Shown here: positions 40,947 to 51,931 of the stretch, in pieces
How the letters are laid out: each line of letters begins with the position of its first letter
Numbering within the stretch: the stretch's first letter is position 1
NCBI RefSeq assembly: GCF_002087085.1
Contig: NZ_MWQY01000009.1
Location: 62,001-126,000 of the forward strand
Length of the DNA stretch: 64,000 nucleotides
Direction: 5' to 3'
The notes under the pieces: generated by a model
The model's database searches: none
The model's input: the letters and a program-made list of their open reading frames with translations, nothing else
Told to the model about the DNA's origin: nothing
Made by a program: the position numbers and the translations under genes

Positions 40947-41335
40947 GAAAACTATACGTTTCAGATTATGACTCCTTTACAAGTATAAATATTATATTTT
41001 TCAGGAATAATTACCACTCTGGTGCATCTGTTGCTCTTTTGCGTGCCTCTTAGTCTATATACCTGGAAAATATATATTTCCCTGCAATAAACAGAGTCAG
41101 AGGTGAGAAATAGAGACAATACAGCTCAAATAGGAAATTCAGAAAGACATGACACATGTAAGAATGGAGCTATGATCCTTGCGGCCGAGCCTCCGATAGT
41201 ATTTTCAACTCCCCGAACTACAGCATCCGGAAAAAGTATCCGGGAATGACATTCCGGTTGAGCCCGGAGAATATATGATGATACAATCTCGAGAAGAGAT
41301 CACGGTTCTTATCATATCCAAACCGGAGGAAACCT

Positions 41336-42451
41336 ATGGAAAACAAGCTGAAGGGAATCGAAGAGATATTGCTCATGGGTCCCGGACCATCCCTCACCTA
41401 TCCCGAAGTATACGAAGCCATGGCCAGGCCGACCCTCGGCCACCTGGACCCCTACTTTATCGAAATCATGGACGGTATCAAGGAGATGCTCCAGGCTGTT
41501 TTCCGCACAAAACACTCCCTTACCATTCCTGTCTCCGGGACCGGTTCGGCCGGCATGGAGACTGTTCTCGTCAACCTGATAGAGCCGGGGGATCCGGTGC
41601 TTATTATAATCAACGGTGTCTTCGGCAAACGGCAGCTGGATATAGCCCAAAGATTGGGGGCGGAAGCGGATGCCCTGGAGTTTACCTGGGGAAAACCCGT
41701 GGACCCCGATACCGTTGCCCAATCCCTGAAGAACAGGAAGTATAAAATCGTCTCCATGGTGCATGCGGAAACCTCAACCGGGGTATGCAATCCCGCGGAA
41801 GAGGTGGGAGAACTGGTGGCATCCCGGGGAGACGGCGCCTTTTACCTGCTGGACACGGTTACCAGTCTTGGAGGCATGGAGGTGGACGTGGACGGATGGA
41901 AGGTGGATGCCGTCTACAGCGGAACCCAGAAATGCCTCTCCTGCCCTCCCGGCCTTGCCCCGGTCTCCTTCAGCCAGCGGGCCGTTGACAGCATCATGAA
42001 TCGCAGGACCAAGGTACCAAACTGGTACCTGGACATGAGCATGGTGGCCAACTACTGGGCCGGAAAAAAACGGGCCTACCACCATACTGCCCCCATCAAC
42101 ATGCTCTACGGACTCTACCAGGCCCTTTATCTTGTACTGGACGAGGGGCTCGAAAAGGTCTACAGACGCCACACGCGGGCCCATGAACATCTGGTGGAAG
42201 GCCTTGAAAAGCTGGGCATGAGCATGGTCGTGGAGCCTCCCTATCGCCTTCCCATGCTGAACGCGGTCCGGATACCAGAAGGCATAGACGATGCCGAGGC
42301 ACGAAAGCGCCTGCGTTACGAACACAACATCGAGATCGGCGGGGGGCTGGGCGACTTTGCCGGCAAGGTCTGGCGCATCGGGCTGATGGGAAACACCGCC
42401 CGTCCGGAGCATGTCGACCGGCTGCTGAAGGCACTGAAGGCGATTATTTAA
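41336..42451 (+). CDS. Alanine-glyoxylate/serine-pyruvate aminotransferase (class V PLP)
   Basis: LMGPGPS, GTGSAGME, HAETSTG, SGTQKCLSCPPG, YHHT. Confidence 0.92.
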   Translation: MENKLKGIEEILLMGPGPSLTYPEVYEAMARPTLGHLDPYFIEIMDGIKEMLQAVFRTKHSLTIPVSGTGSAGMETVLVNLIEPGDPVLIIINGVFGKRQLDIAQRLGAEADALEFTWGKPVDPDTVAQSLKNRKYKIVSMVHAETSTGVCNPAEEVGELVASRGDGAFYLLDTVTSLGGMEVDVDGWKVDAVYSGTQKCLSCPPGLAPVSFSQRAVDSIMNRRTKVPNWYLDMSMVANYWAGKKRAYHHTAPINMLYGLYQALYLVLDEGLEKVYRRHTRAHEHLVEGLEKLGMSMVVEPPYRLPMLNAVRIPEGIDDAEARKRLRYEHNIEIGGGLGDFAGKVWRIGLMGNTARPEHVDRLLKALKAII

Positions 42452-42523
42452 CCAGGGGTCGTCACTCCCTTTTCATTGCCGTTTTTCGGAAGCAGGGGTA
42501 TACTGGAGTATCAAGGTACAGCC

Positions 42524-44011
42524 ATGAACCTTCTTTTAGTATACCCGGAGTTTCCCGAGACGTTCTGGAGCTATAAAAGGGCCCTGAAGTTCGTCCTGAA
42601 AAAATCCGGAAGCCCTCCCCTGGGACTCCTCACAGTCGCCGCCATGCTGCCCGCCGACTGGAATATTGAACTTGTCGACATGAACGTCTCTTCCCTCAGG
42701 ACGACCAGTATCCGCAGGGCGGATCTTGTGTTTGTGGGGGGAATGTCCGTACAAAAGGATTCAGCCCGAAGAGTCATCCAGCGCTGCGCCGGAATGGGTG
42801 TAAAAACCGTGGCGGGGGGTCCTCTTTTTACCACGGGATGGGAGAGTTTTCCAGAGGCAGATTATTTTGTTCTGAACGAAGCGGAACTGACCCTGCCTGG
42901 GTTCCTGCAGGATATTCAACACGGTTCAGCAAAGCGTATCTATTCCACGAAGAAATGGGCGGACCTTGCCGATACTCCCCTGCCCCGCTGGGACCTGATA
43001 AAAACAAAGAAGTACGCCTCCCTGTCGATCCAGCACTCCCGGGGCTGTCCCTTTAACTGCGAGTTCTGCGACATAACCCTGCTGTACGGCAGGCAGACAC
43101 GCATTAAAACGAGTTCCAGGATTACCGCTGAACTGGACAATATTTACTCCACCGGATGGAGGGATAACGTTTTTTTTGTGGATGACAACTTCATTGGAAA
43201 CAAATCAGTCCTGAAAAAGGAGACCCTGCCGGCCATTATCCGCTGGATGGAGAAACACCGCTACCCGTTTACCTTCAACACCCAGGCTTCCATAAACATC
43301 GCCGATGACGAAGAGCTGCTGCATCTCATGGGTAAAGCAGGATTCAACAGGGTTTTTGTCGGAATTGAAACCCCGAACGAAGCCAGCCTGAAGGAGTGCT
43401 CGAAGGTACAGAATATAAACCGGGACATGCTCGCTTCCATACGGAAGATCAATAAGCACGGAATCGAGGTCCAGGGAGGATTCATCGTCGGTTTCGACAG
43501 CGATCCTGCAAGTATTTTCGAGGACCAGATCCGCTTTATCCAGGAGAGCTCGGTAGTAACCGCCATGGTCGGCCTTCTGACCGCGTTGAAAGGAACACAG
43601 CTTTACCAGAGACTGAAGAGGGAAAACCGCCTTACAGCTGAAGAAACCGGGAACAATACGGATCTGTCGATAAATTTCAGACCCGCAATGAAACTGGATA
43701 CCCTTCTAAAAGGATATAAAAGCATTGTCTCCACCATCTATTCACCAAAATACTATTACAAACGTGTTAAAGAGTTTCTCAAGATATATTCCCCGCCTAT
43801 CAGGAAATTCTTCAGATTTCGCCCGGTCCATATCTTTGCACTGATACGATCAGTCATACTCCTCGGGATCATCGGGAAAGAGAGGCTGCAATACTGGAAG
43901 CTGATGCTGTGGACAATCCTCCGGCGGCCGCGCTGTTTTCCGCTGGCTACAACCCTGGCTATCTACGGTTTTCACTACCGCAAGGTCTTTGAAAAGCTGC
44001 CGCGGGTGTAA
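42524..44011 (+). CDS. B12-binding radical SAM protein (DUF4070-type C-terminus)
   Basis: PPLGLLTVAA, SRGCPFNCEFC, DDNF, GFIVGFD. Confidence 0.88.
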   Translation: MNLLLVYPEFPETFWSYKRALKFVLKKSGSPPLGLLTVAAMLPADWNIELVDMNVSSLRTTSIRRADLVFVGGMSVQKDSARRVIQRCAGMGVKTVAGGPLFTTGWESFPEADYFVLNEAELTLPGFLQDIQHGSAKRIYSTKKWADLADTPLPRWDLIKTKKYASLSIQHSRGCPFNCEFCDITLLYGRQTRIKTSSRITAELDNIYSTGWRDNVFFVDDNFIGNKSVLKKETLPAIIRWMEKHRYPFTFNTQASINIADDEELLHLMGKAGFNRVFVGIETPNEASLKECSKVQNINRDMLASIRKINKHGIEVQGGFIVGFDSDPASIFEDQIRFIQESSVVTAMVGLLTALKGTQLYQRLKRENRLTAEETGNNTDLSINFRPAMKLDTLLKGYKSIVSTIYSPKYYYKRVKEFLKIYSPPIRKFFRFRPVHIFALIRSVILLGIIGKERLQYWKLMLWTILRRPRCFPLATTLAIYGFHYRKVFEKLPRV

Positions 44012-44068
44012 TTTCTTTATAGTGGTTCTCACAGCTCACAGAAAGATTTTTCCCCTGCTCATCAGAAA

Positions 44069-45193
44069 TCACGAATCCGCCGCCCATTCCGTTTCATGCC
44101 GGCGCGCATATTCAGAAGGCGAAAGGCCTGTAGTTTCCTTAAAAACCCGGTTAAATGTACTCTTGGAAGAAAATCCTGCTTCCAGGGCCAATTCCAGAAT
44201 ACTGTGATTATTCAGTGCCCCTTCTTCGATACGCTCCCGAAAGTACTGCAGGCGGTAATCGTTGACCAGGGAACAGAAGGACTGTTTATAAACATGGTTA
44301 ATCACATACGAAACGCGATTCGGGTGTATATCAATTCGCTTGGCCAGTTTTCGCAGGGATAGTCTGGAATCAAGAAAAACACCTGCATCAAAAGCTTTGC
44401 GTATCTGTTCAGTGATCAGCTGACTGTCCTGGTCCGAAATATGCGGCTCTTTGCTGCGATCGGCGGTAAAAGCCCTGTCGTATCCTGCAAGCAGCTGAGG
44501 TGCTGCAAGAGCAAGAAGTGAGATCACATACACGAGTATCGCCATTGCCGCAGCCAATATGAGGAATGGGAGTTCTCCCCCCGCGGCAAGCCGGGCATTT
44601 GCCGGCGGGTTCACAGCAACAAAGGCAAAAGCGACAAGAACCAGGGACGGCAACACAACCAGGAGCTGCAGCCAGAGCCGAGTATGACCGGCAAGATTCC
44701 TGCCATCTTTGCCGAATACAGTCCGAAAGGCGAAGACCAGACAGAGGGCGTTTACAACAACTTTAAGTGCGTTTCGTATCGGAAGCCAGTGCGGTGGGAA
44801 TCCCGCGAAAACAGAAAGCACGAACTCCTTATACTCCGGAAAATCCATACCTATTACTGTTATGGCAACTGCGGTGGTTTCCGAAATATACGGAACAAGA
44901 TACACGATCGAAGGCCTCGGCAATCGGGTACTTCCGGTACTGATATTCCTGATAAACCACCAGAGCAGCGGTCCAAAGAGAAAAGGCAGCGGAGTAGTTA
45001 TCGGCCACAGCCAGGGGGCCCTTAGAAGGGTTTCAGGGTTCCAGGAAGGAATCGTACCCAGTCGCAGGGAAAAGACCAGGACAAGCAGGGCCAGGGGCAG
45101 ATTAGCATAATGCCGAAAGCGTAAACCTATCAGTACGAGCAGCAGAAGTCCCTGAGCCGCACCCAAACCTGCAAGAAACTCTAGAAAAGACAC
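44069..45193 (-). CDS. Membrane-anchored AraC-family regulator
   Basis: Several N-terminal TM helices; GFSSKSTFNRVFK HTH. Confidence 0.85.
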   Translation of the reverse strand: MSFLEFLAGLGAAQGLLLLVLIGLRFRHYANLPLALLVLVFSLRLGTIPSWNPETLLRAPWLWPITTPLPFLFGPLLWWFIRNISTGSTRLPRPSIVYLVPYISETTAVAITVIGMDFPEYKEFVLSVFAGFPPHWLPIRNALKVVVNALCLVFAFRTVFGKDGRNLAGHTRLWLQLLVVLPSLVLVAFAFVAVNPPANARLAAGGELPFLILAAAMAILVYVISLLALAAPQLLAGYDRAFTADRSKEPHISDQDSQLITEQIRKAFDAGVFLDSRLSLRKLAKRIDIHPNRVSYVINHVYKQSFCSLVNDYRLQYFRERIEEGALNNHSILELALEAGFSSKSTFNRVFKETTGLSPSEYARRHETEWAADS

Positions 45194-45225
45194 ATCCCGA
45201 GTATAACCCGGGACGCTTCAAAAGG

Positions 45226-45780
45226 CTATTTAAAAAACGTTGGAGCTGCAATCGCTCCATCGGCAAGCCGCTCTACGTTAAAGTAACCGTTAGTGATAGT
45301 CAGGGTATTCGTACTGCCGTATTCTTCGAGGGTCCCGCTGAAGGAACCTCTGACAGCTCCACCGACTTCTCCGGAATAGGACTCCAGGATAAAGGTGAAA
45401 TCCCGGTCGCTGACGGCATAGTAGTCGGTGATCCCGTCGATGGTAAATCCTACACCTCCGACATCTTCCGCTCCAGTAAGAGTATAGGTTCCGGGAGTAT
45501 TGTTTACGAAGCGAAATGCAAAGTATGGCCCCTGATCCATATTCGTAACACCCTCGCCGGAAGCGGTAATGTAATACACATTCAGGCTTGAATGTTTAGC
45601 GCCATTGGCGCCTGAGTCGAAGACATCGTCAGCAGTAAATCCGTTGGTTAAAACATAATCCGTACCGTTTGCCGTAAAAGACACGTAAAAATTCGTATCA
45701 TCCCCGGCTCCGCCGGAACTGCAGCAGGTCAGAATGAGCGCCAGACATCCGGCACATACAGATAATGTTGCTTTTTCCAT
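45226..45780 (-). CDS. Hypothetical lipoprotein
   Basis: Hydrophobic leader ending LTCC; Gly/Thr-rich beta-strand body; AGGAG RBS. Confidence 0.65.
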   Translation of the reverse strand: MEKATLSVCAGCLALILTCCSSGGAGDDTNFYVSFTANGTDYVLTNGFTADDVFDSGANGAKHSSLNVYYITASGEGVTNMDQGPYFAFRFVNNTPGTYTLTGAEDVGGVGFTIDGITDYYAVSDRDFTFILESYSGEVGGAVRGSFSGTLEEYGSTNTLTITNGYFNVERLADGAIAAPTFFK

Positions 45781-45867
45781 ACCCTCTCTCCTTCATTTTC
45801 GATGAATGAAAAAAGAGTATCCCATATACAGCGAGAGATCGTCCCAATATGTAATATGGGACCACTT

Positions 45868-47346
45868 TTACCCTGGAACAAAGCCCAGCCAGGCGCTCCC
45901 CGCTTCGTAGTCCTCGATCAGCTGGATCTCCCGGGAATCCGCAAAGCTCCCAAGCAGCGATTGAATACGGCGTTTCATTATTTCCAGACAATTCTCGGCC
46001 AGATCATGCCGGAACCCACGATCGGCCAGGGTCATTACCATCTGCACAGAAATCAGGCGTCCCAGGATACGGCCTAGATCAACCTTTTTTCGCTGAGAAA
46101 GACCGCTTTTCAGGGAGAAATCCAGGGATTCCCTCATCCAGGATGATGCGCGGGAAGTAAGATCAGAGTTCTTCAGATACCGATATAGATTGGATTCCTT
46201 CAGGCGATTCATTGATTTGAGCACGGTTTCGGCAATTTGTTCATAAAGGATGTCGTTGGAGCCCTCGAATATCTGAAAAGGTCTGCTGTCAACCAGGGAC
46301 TGCCCTGCAATGTGATCCCGACGATACCCTTTGGCACCGACCAGCTGTAAAACTGTCTGCGCTGCAGACTGCATCATGTCGGTTATAACACTCTTGACGG
46401 CATTTGCCGGCAGAGCAAGACCGGAACAATCCTTTTCCACCCCCGCCGTACCCGTGGAGTAGGCGCACATGGCGGAACTTACCGTGTAGTAGGACTGCAG
46501 CACCGCCATGCGGTTCTGCACCTGATCGTAACCGGACAGGGATTTCCCTCCGACCTTTCGACTGCGTACATGCTGCCGCGCCTCGTCCAGAAGACGTTTC
46601 AGAAAGCCCATGGCCATTCCCGGAAACTGAAGCCGGCTTCGATGCAGAAGATCCAGCAGCATCCGGACACCGCTGCCCTCCGGTTTGAGGCGCCTCTCTG
46701 CCGGCAGGCGGGAATCTATCCTGTTGCGTCCGTAGGGGATCATCTCCAGGCCAAGGCTGTCGTAATACTCTTCCACTTCAATACCGCCCAGGCTTTTGTC
46801 CCACACGAAGAAATTGATGCTGCGATCCAGGCCCCCGTCTTCCGTTTCTCCCCGGGCGGTCAACAGCCAGTAGTCGGCCCGACCGGTAAGCCCTCCCCAG
46901 TGTTTTGTACCCCGCAGACGGTAGCCGCCTTCTTCCTGCCGGAAACTGCTCTGCATCTGCAGGGCATCGGTGCCGAAATCCGGCTCGGTAATCATCAGTC
47001 CGCCCATACTCCGGTGATGCAGAAAATCATTAAAGACTTTTTCCTGGAGGTTCTCTTCGGCGTATTTGGAAACGGGCTGTAAAAAAAGGGCGCCGTTTAT
47101 TCCCGTAATCAGCGAGAATGGCAGGGATTCATAGGAACAGGTTTCCAGTACCGTCAGGCACTCATGTACCTTCTGCCCCCGTCCGCCGAATCTGGAGGGA
47201 ATAAAAACCGAGAACGGCGAGGCATCCAGGAGCCCTGTACTCCAGTCTTCCGGCGGACTGATAAGGGGATTCTGAAATGCCGATTTGAGCTTAGCTTTCA
47301 GGTTTCTGATATATTCCGGGAAATCCGGAAGATTACTGTTTTTCAT
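45868..47346 (-). CDS. Acyl-CoA dehydrogenase family protein
   Basis: ITEPDFGTD, GTKHW, GAKGY, IFEGSNDI. Confidence 0.85.
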   Translation of the reverse strand: MKNSNLPDFPEYIRNLKAKLKSAFQNPLISPPEDWSTGLLDASPFSVFIPSRFGGRGQKVHECLTVLETCSYESLPFSLITGINGALFLQPVSKYAEENLQEKVFNDFLHHRSMGGLMITEPDFGTDALQMQSSFRQEEGGYRLRGTKHWGGLTGRADYWLLTARGETEDGGLDRSINFFVWDKSLGGIEVEEYYDSLGLEMIPYGRNRIDSRLPAERRLKPEGSGVRMLLDLLHRSRLQFPGMAMGFLKRLLDEARQHVRSRKVGGKSLSGYDQVQNRMAVLQSYYTVSSAMCAYSTGTAGVEKDCSGLALPANAVKSVITDMMQSAAQTVLQLVGAKGYRRDHIAGQSLVDSRPFQIFEGSNDILYEQIAETVLKSMNRLKESNLYRYLKNSDLTSRASSWMRESLDFSLKSGLSQRKKVDLGRILGRLISVQMVMTLADRGFRHDLAENCLEIMKRRIQSLLGSFADSREIQLIEDYEAGSAWLGFVPG

Positions 47347-47417
47347 GCACACTCACCTTGCTTGCCGAAGTTGCATCCAGTTCCTTGTTCGACAGCGTTT
47401 GAGTCTACAATATATTA

Positions 47418-47939
47418 CTATTTTTGTAATGTATACCCCTGATCACTCCCACAGGCATCCAAAAGGGACTGGATCATCCGCAGCAGCTCATCGAGTTCAT
47501 GCCGCCGGCTGCGTGCGCACTCATGGGCAGGTCTGTCGCAGGCAAGGCAGCGCCGGGGTTCCAGTCCCAGGGCACGGCGGTCAGGCTGCGGAGCATCCGG
47601 GACGTGCAGGTCGAAGTCAAAGAGGCGTCCCAGGGGATGGGCTTCCTCGATGCCGACGGCCGCTTTTTTGAGACTAAGGGATTCCCCCTCCACCACCCCA
47701 TACCATTCAAAGCCGCTGGAAGCTCTGCAGGTCTTTTCATGCAGAGGGGAAAATGTCTCCCGGGCTACGCGGATACCGGCGCTGAATACCTGCTCAGCCC
47801 ACTTTGGGGTCTTGTCAGGTCCAGGAATGTTCAGGGTCAGAACGATGAGGGGCAGTCTGTACCGCACGAGAAAGCTCTTTATTCTTCGGGATCTTGTTTC
47901 CCTGGCAGTCAGGATCTCCTGCAGTTCAAGCGCGGCCAT
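47418..47939 (-). CDS. citX: Citrate lyase holo-ACP synthase
   Basis: IL.ARE.R, NIPGP.K, GRLFDFD, RRCLAC...CARSRRH. Confidence 0.92.
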   Translation of the reverse strand: MAALELQEILTARETRSRRIKSFLVRYRLPLIVLTLNIPGPDKTPKWAEQVFSAGIRVARETFSPLHEKTCRASSGFEWYGVVEGESLSLKKAAVGIEEAHPLGRLFDFDLHVPDAPQPDRRALGLEPRRCLACDRPAHECARSRRHELDELLRMIQSLLDACGSDQGYTLQK

Positions 47940-48882
47940 GTATCCTCAGCTCCTTTTCTGCTTCATGGACAAAAATGGTTCCCGCCAGAAGATCGGCACA
48001 ACCACCGGGACTCAATCCCCGGAGGATGAACTCCCTGTTCATGGCGTAAAGGTAATTTCTACCTGCTTCTGTACGGACGCCGCCGAGAGCGACAGCTGCA
48101 AGGCTCGAGGACTGCACGAATCTCAGGGCTTCGAGTCCTCCCCGGTGAACGACTGTTGAATCCTCTGCGCTGCACATTATGGCAAGCAATGCCTGAAGGG
48201 ACGCGTCGTTCACGGAATACCCGCTGCCGAGCATGGCGGTATAGACCGGTAAGCCGCATTCAAAGATTACTGGAAAGCCGGCTTCAGCTTCGCCTCGAAC
48301 ACCGGTGATTCCATGGGAGAGAAATAGCCTTTCACCATGACTGAGTTCATTTTTATTATGCAGCCCATTGCCCAGCTCCTTGTACACCATACCCCGGGTC
48401 ATGATACGGATCCCCTTCTGCAGCCCCGGAATACCTGAAGCCCCTTCAGAGGAAGCGGCAGCGACCAGGAGCATAAGCACAAAGATCTGCCCCTTGTGAG
48501 TATTCACCCCTCCCGTGGCGGAAAACATGGCGGTTTCAGCCTCACAGCCGATTTTCCGGACCTTCCGCCACAGAACCTCATCCGGGCTTTTTCCCGCCGC
48601 CAGCGCCCCAGTGGCGGCAAAGTACGGAACCACCGCTTCGATGCTCCGGCGGAAGCAGGCATAGTCCATATCCGCATGCGCACCCTGGTCAGATCTGTCC
48701 ACCAGGCCCGGCTTCGGTGTGGTGTCGAGCTCCTGCAGCATGGCATACCGTGCAACAGCGGAGAGCTGTACATGCCGGGAAACTACCCGGTCCGGGGAGG
48801 ACCGGGTAACGGAGCCAGGCTCAGGTCTTTGCAGCGATGTTCTTTCTTTTAACGATAAAATCACGTAGCACCGGCCCCACAA
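47926..48882 (-). CDS. citG: Triphosphoribosyl-dephospho-CoA synthase
   Basis: TPKPGLVD, GAH.DM, GVNTHKG, G.RGEA, SPGGCADLL; start uncertain. Confidence 0.92.
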   Translation of the reverse strand: MWGRCYVILSLKERTSLQRPEPGSVTRSSPDRVVSRHVQLSAVARYAMLQELDTTPKPGLVDRSDQGAHADMDYACFRRSIEAVVPYFAATGALAAGKSPDEVLWRKVRKIGCEAETAMFSATGGVNTHKGQIFVLMLLVAAASSEGASGIPGLQKGIRIMTRGMVYKELGNGLHNKNELSHGERLFLSHGITGVRGEAEAGFPVIFECGLPVYTAMLGSGYSVNDASLQALLAIMCSAEDSTVVHRGGLEALRFVQSSSLAAVALGGVRTEAGRNYLYAMNREFILRGLSPGGCADLLAGTIFVHEAEKELRIHGRA

Positions 48883-50326
48883 TAGAGATAATGGTCAGAG
48901 CGAACAGCACGATACAGAGGGGAGAGGCAAAGAAGATTTTCAGGCTGCCGTTGGATATGACAAAGGCCTGCCGGAAGGACTGCTCCATATCGTTTCCGAT
49001 TATCACCGCCAGAATCAGAGGCGTTGCCGGAACCTTGGCGGCTGACAGAAAGTACCCCACCACACCGAAAATTATCAGCAGATAAAAGTCGATCACACTG
49101 TAGCTGATGGCGTAGGTACCCACAAAGGCAAGACCGAGCACTATGGGATAGAGGATCTTCGGCGGAACCGACAGCACTCTTACCAGGGCACCTGCCATGG
49201 GAATGTTTATAAAAGCGAGGATGATATTTCCCACGAACATGCTCGCAATGAGGGCCCAGACAATGGTGGACTGCTGCTGGAACAGCATGGGCCCCGGCTG
49301 AAGTCCAAGCATGAGAAGGGCTCCCATCATGACGGCGGTGGTCCCGGATCCCGGTATCCCCAGGGTCAGCATCGGAATCATGGCTCCCACTGATGCGGCA
49401 TTATTGGCGGACTCCGGAGCTGCGACCCCTTCGATGGCTCCTTTTCCAAACTCTTCGGGATGGTCGGAGAGGTTCTTTTCGTTGTTGTAGGAGAGCAGTG
49501 AGGCCATGGTTCCTCCGGCGCCAGGCAGGGCTCCGATGAAGAAGCCGAAGGGCGAGGAGCGCAGGATGGGCCACATACAGCGTTTCCACTGGGCCATGCT
49601 TATCCAGATCTTCCCGAATTTTGTCTGGGCCTTTTTATGTCCCTCCGCAATGTTCCGGAAGCTCTTGAAGACTTCCCCCAGGGCAAAGACGGCGATGATT
49701 ACGACCAGAAAATCAATTCCCGCTTCCAGTTCCAGTATGCCGAAGGTAAAGCGCTTGATTCCTGACTGCCCGTCTATACCGATGGTGGCAATCATCAATC
49801 CCAGCAGGGTGGCAATAAAGCCCTTCAGACTGTCTCCCTTGCTCATGGAAGCGGTGGCAGAAAGGGCAAAGACAAAGAGCATGAAGTATTCGGCGGGACC
49901 GAATCTGAGGGCGAAGCGGGCCACAGGAAGAGCAACCGCCACCATAAGGATTGTCGCTATTACCCCGCCGATAAAGGATGCAATGGCGGATATGGCCAGG
50001 GCCGCCTCCGCTTCACCTTTCAGCGTCATGGGATACCCGTCAAAGGTTGCGGCCACTGCGGCCCCGTCTCCGGGGGTATTGATCAGGATCGAGGACCTGG
50101 ATCCCCCGTACATGGCGCCGTAGTAGACACCCGCCATGGTAATGAGGGACGCCGTAGGGCCCATCACAAAAGTCAAAGGCAAAAGGACTGCCACACCCGT
50201 GGCGGGTCCCAGACCGGGGAGCATACCGATGACCGTTCCGAGGATTCCCCCGATGGTAACCCACAGTATGTTCAGCGGCTGTATTGCAATACCCAGTCCC
50301 TGGAACAGAAAATTCAGTGTTTCCAT
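48821..50326 (-). CDS. tctA: TctA permease
   Basis: [32 protein letters not shown]. Confidence 0.92.
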   Translation of the reverse strand: METLNFLFQGLGIAIQPLNILWVTIGGILGTVIGMLPGLGPATGVAVLLPLTFVMGPTASLITMAGVYYGAMYGGSRSSILINTPGDGAAVAATFDGYPMTLKGEAEAALAISAIASFIGGVIATILMVAVALPVARFALRFGPAEYFMLFVFALSATASMSKGDSLKGFIATLLGLMIATIGIDGQSGIKRFTFGILELEAGIDFLVVIIAVFALGEVFKSFRNIAEGHKKAQTKFGKIWISMAQWKRCMWPILRSSPFGFFIGALPGAGGTMASLLSYNNEKNLSDHPEEFGKGAIEGVAAPESANNAASVGAMIPMLTLGIPGSGTTAVMMGALLMLGLQPGPMLFQQQSTIVWALIASMFVGNIILAFINIPMAGALVRVLSVPPKILYPIVLGLAFVGTYAISYSVIDFYLLIIFGVVGYFLSAAKVPATPLILAVIIGNDMEQSFRQAFVISNGSLKIFFASPLCIVLFALTIISIVGPVLRDFIVKRKNIAAKT

Positions 50327-50335
50327 GGTGAACTC

Positions 50336-50800
50336 CTAAAACCAGATGATCGGTGTTTGCGGAAGATAGACCCCCAGGGTCTTGGCAAACAGCAGATAGA
50401 TAAAAAGACTGAAGGTGAGCGAAACCACCGTATTGATCCTCCATTTGGCTGCTCCGTTGAACAGGAACAACTCCAGCTGCAGAAAAACGAAGGTGGAAAG
50501 CACATACCCCAGGGGTTTGAACAGCAGGGCGTAAAGAACCCCGAAGATACAGGTAAATACGATCTTCGACAGAAAAGGATTCCTGGGTTCGTGCTCTGCT
50601 TTTCCATTTTTTCTTATCCGGCTAAACTCCCGCAGCAGGAGATATGCGGAACAGATCACCATCAGGAACCCCAGACCCGCGGGAAAAACCTTGGGTGCAT
50701 GAGGAATACCGACGCTTGCTTCGGGCAGATTCAGGCTCAGCCAGCTTACAACAAGTCCGATAACAAAGGAGACTGTTCCGGAAATCAGTGTCATATTCAT
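50336..50800 (-). CDS. tctB: TctB subunit
   Basis: Four TM segments, P..FP, LGVYLP. Confidence 0.88.
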   Translation of the reverse strand: MNMTLISGTVSFVIGLVVSWLSLNLPEASVGIPHAPKVFPAGLGFLMVICSAYLLLREFSRIRKNGKAEHEPRNPFLSKIVFTCIFGVLYALLFKPLGYVLSTFVFLQLELFLFNGAAKWRINTVVSLTFSLFIYLLFAKTLGVYLPQTPIIWF

Positions 50801-50820
50801 TGTTTTCCTCGCAAGAAAGA

Positions 50821-50853
50821 GCGGAGCGGCTCCCCTTTACTGGGCCGCTCCGC
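50821..50853 (-). other. Intercistronic stem-loop after tctC
   Basis: GCGGAGCGGC...GCCGCTCCGC. Confidence 0.55.
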
Positions 50854-50872
50854 AGAATTGTACTGGACAGAA

Positions 50873-51877
50873 TCAGTCGGCAAGCATGCCGATTTCATCG
50901 AGAATGCCGCGATATGACTGGTCTACCTTTTTCAGGAACTCAAGATATTCGGGTCCTTGCATGTAGTAATCATCCCAGCCGTTCTTGATCTTCGCCTGCT
51001 TCCACTCTTCGGTTTTGACCATCTGGTTCAGGGTATTTACCCAGAAATCAACGGCGTACTGGGGCATTTCGGGAGGCCCGAACAGTCCGCGCCAGTTGAC
51101 GAAGGTTTCATGAATCCCGGCTTCCATACAGGTGGGAATGGCGGCGACTACGCCTTCTCCAACCCGGTGGTCAGCAGTCTGAGCCAGAGCTTTGAGGTCT
51201 CCGCTCTCGATGAGTCCGCGGACCTCGGACAAACCGGTGGAGAAGAGGTCGATATGACCGCCCATGACCTGGGCTGCACCGGAATCGTTGAAGTTTACAT
51301 AGTCGATCTGCCGCAGGTTCTTGACTCCCGCTGCTTTTGCCATGATCAGGAACTGGATATGGTCCATGGAACCCGCGGAAGAGGTACCGCCGATCTTAAC
51401 GCTTTTGGGGTCCTTTTTCAGGGCATTCATAACATCCATGATGCTGTTGTATTTGGAATCCGCTTTGACAACGAATACCGCATAATCCGCTATCAGGTTT
51501 GCCAGGGGAGTCACATTCTCGTAGTTGAGATCCGTGGAACCGGAAAGCTTGGTAAGGATGAGAGGCGGCGAATACACAGTAATGATGTTGTCCGCCTTGG
51601 GTTTTTCCTGAAGGCTTGCAAGATGTACCGCCCCGCCGGCACCCGGGTTGTTACGGACAGGCATGGGAACTTTTACCAGACCCGTATCCTTGAGAACCTT
51701 GGCAACGGTACGGATAGTCAGGTCCCATCCGCCGCCGGCACCGGAGGGTGCAACGAAATCCAGGGCCCCTTTGGGGTACTGAACCTCTCCGCCTTCTCCC
51801 TGCCCTTCGGCAAGTATCGGGGCTGCCAGGGCAAAACAGACAGCAAGAACCAGCAGGCTTACAATGATTTTTTTCAT
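50873..51877 (-). CDS. tctC: TctC citrate-binding protein
   Basis: APSGAGGGWDLT.R, PGAGG, GSMDH, NWRG. Confidence 0.92.
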   Translation of the reverse strand: MKKIIVSLLVLAVCFALAAPILAEGQGEGGEVQYPKGALDFVAPSGAGGGWDLTIRTVAKVLKDTGLVKVPMPVRNNPGAGGAVHLASLQEKPKADNIITVYSPPLILTKLSGSTDLNYENVTPLANLIADYAVFVVKADSKYNSIMDVMNALKKDPKSVKIGGTSSAGSMDHIQFLIMAKAAGVKNLRQIDYVNFNDSGAAQVMGGHIDLFSTGLSEVRGLIESGDLKALAQTADHRVGEGVVAAIPTCMEAGIHETFVNWRGLFGPPEMPQYAVDFWVNTLNQMVKTEEWKQAKIKNGWDDYYMQGPEYLEFLKKVDQSYRGILDEIGMLAD

Positions 51878-51931
51878 ACAGACTCCTTATTGGGTATTTT
51901 TACGCAGCCAGGCTGCGCGTATGCACTAGAA

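Noticed and set aside
42524..44011. B12 radical SAM as a second RiPP locus
   Set aside because: Stand-alone gene, no adjacent short peptide ORF found, no RRE or SPASM
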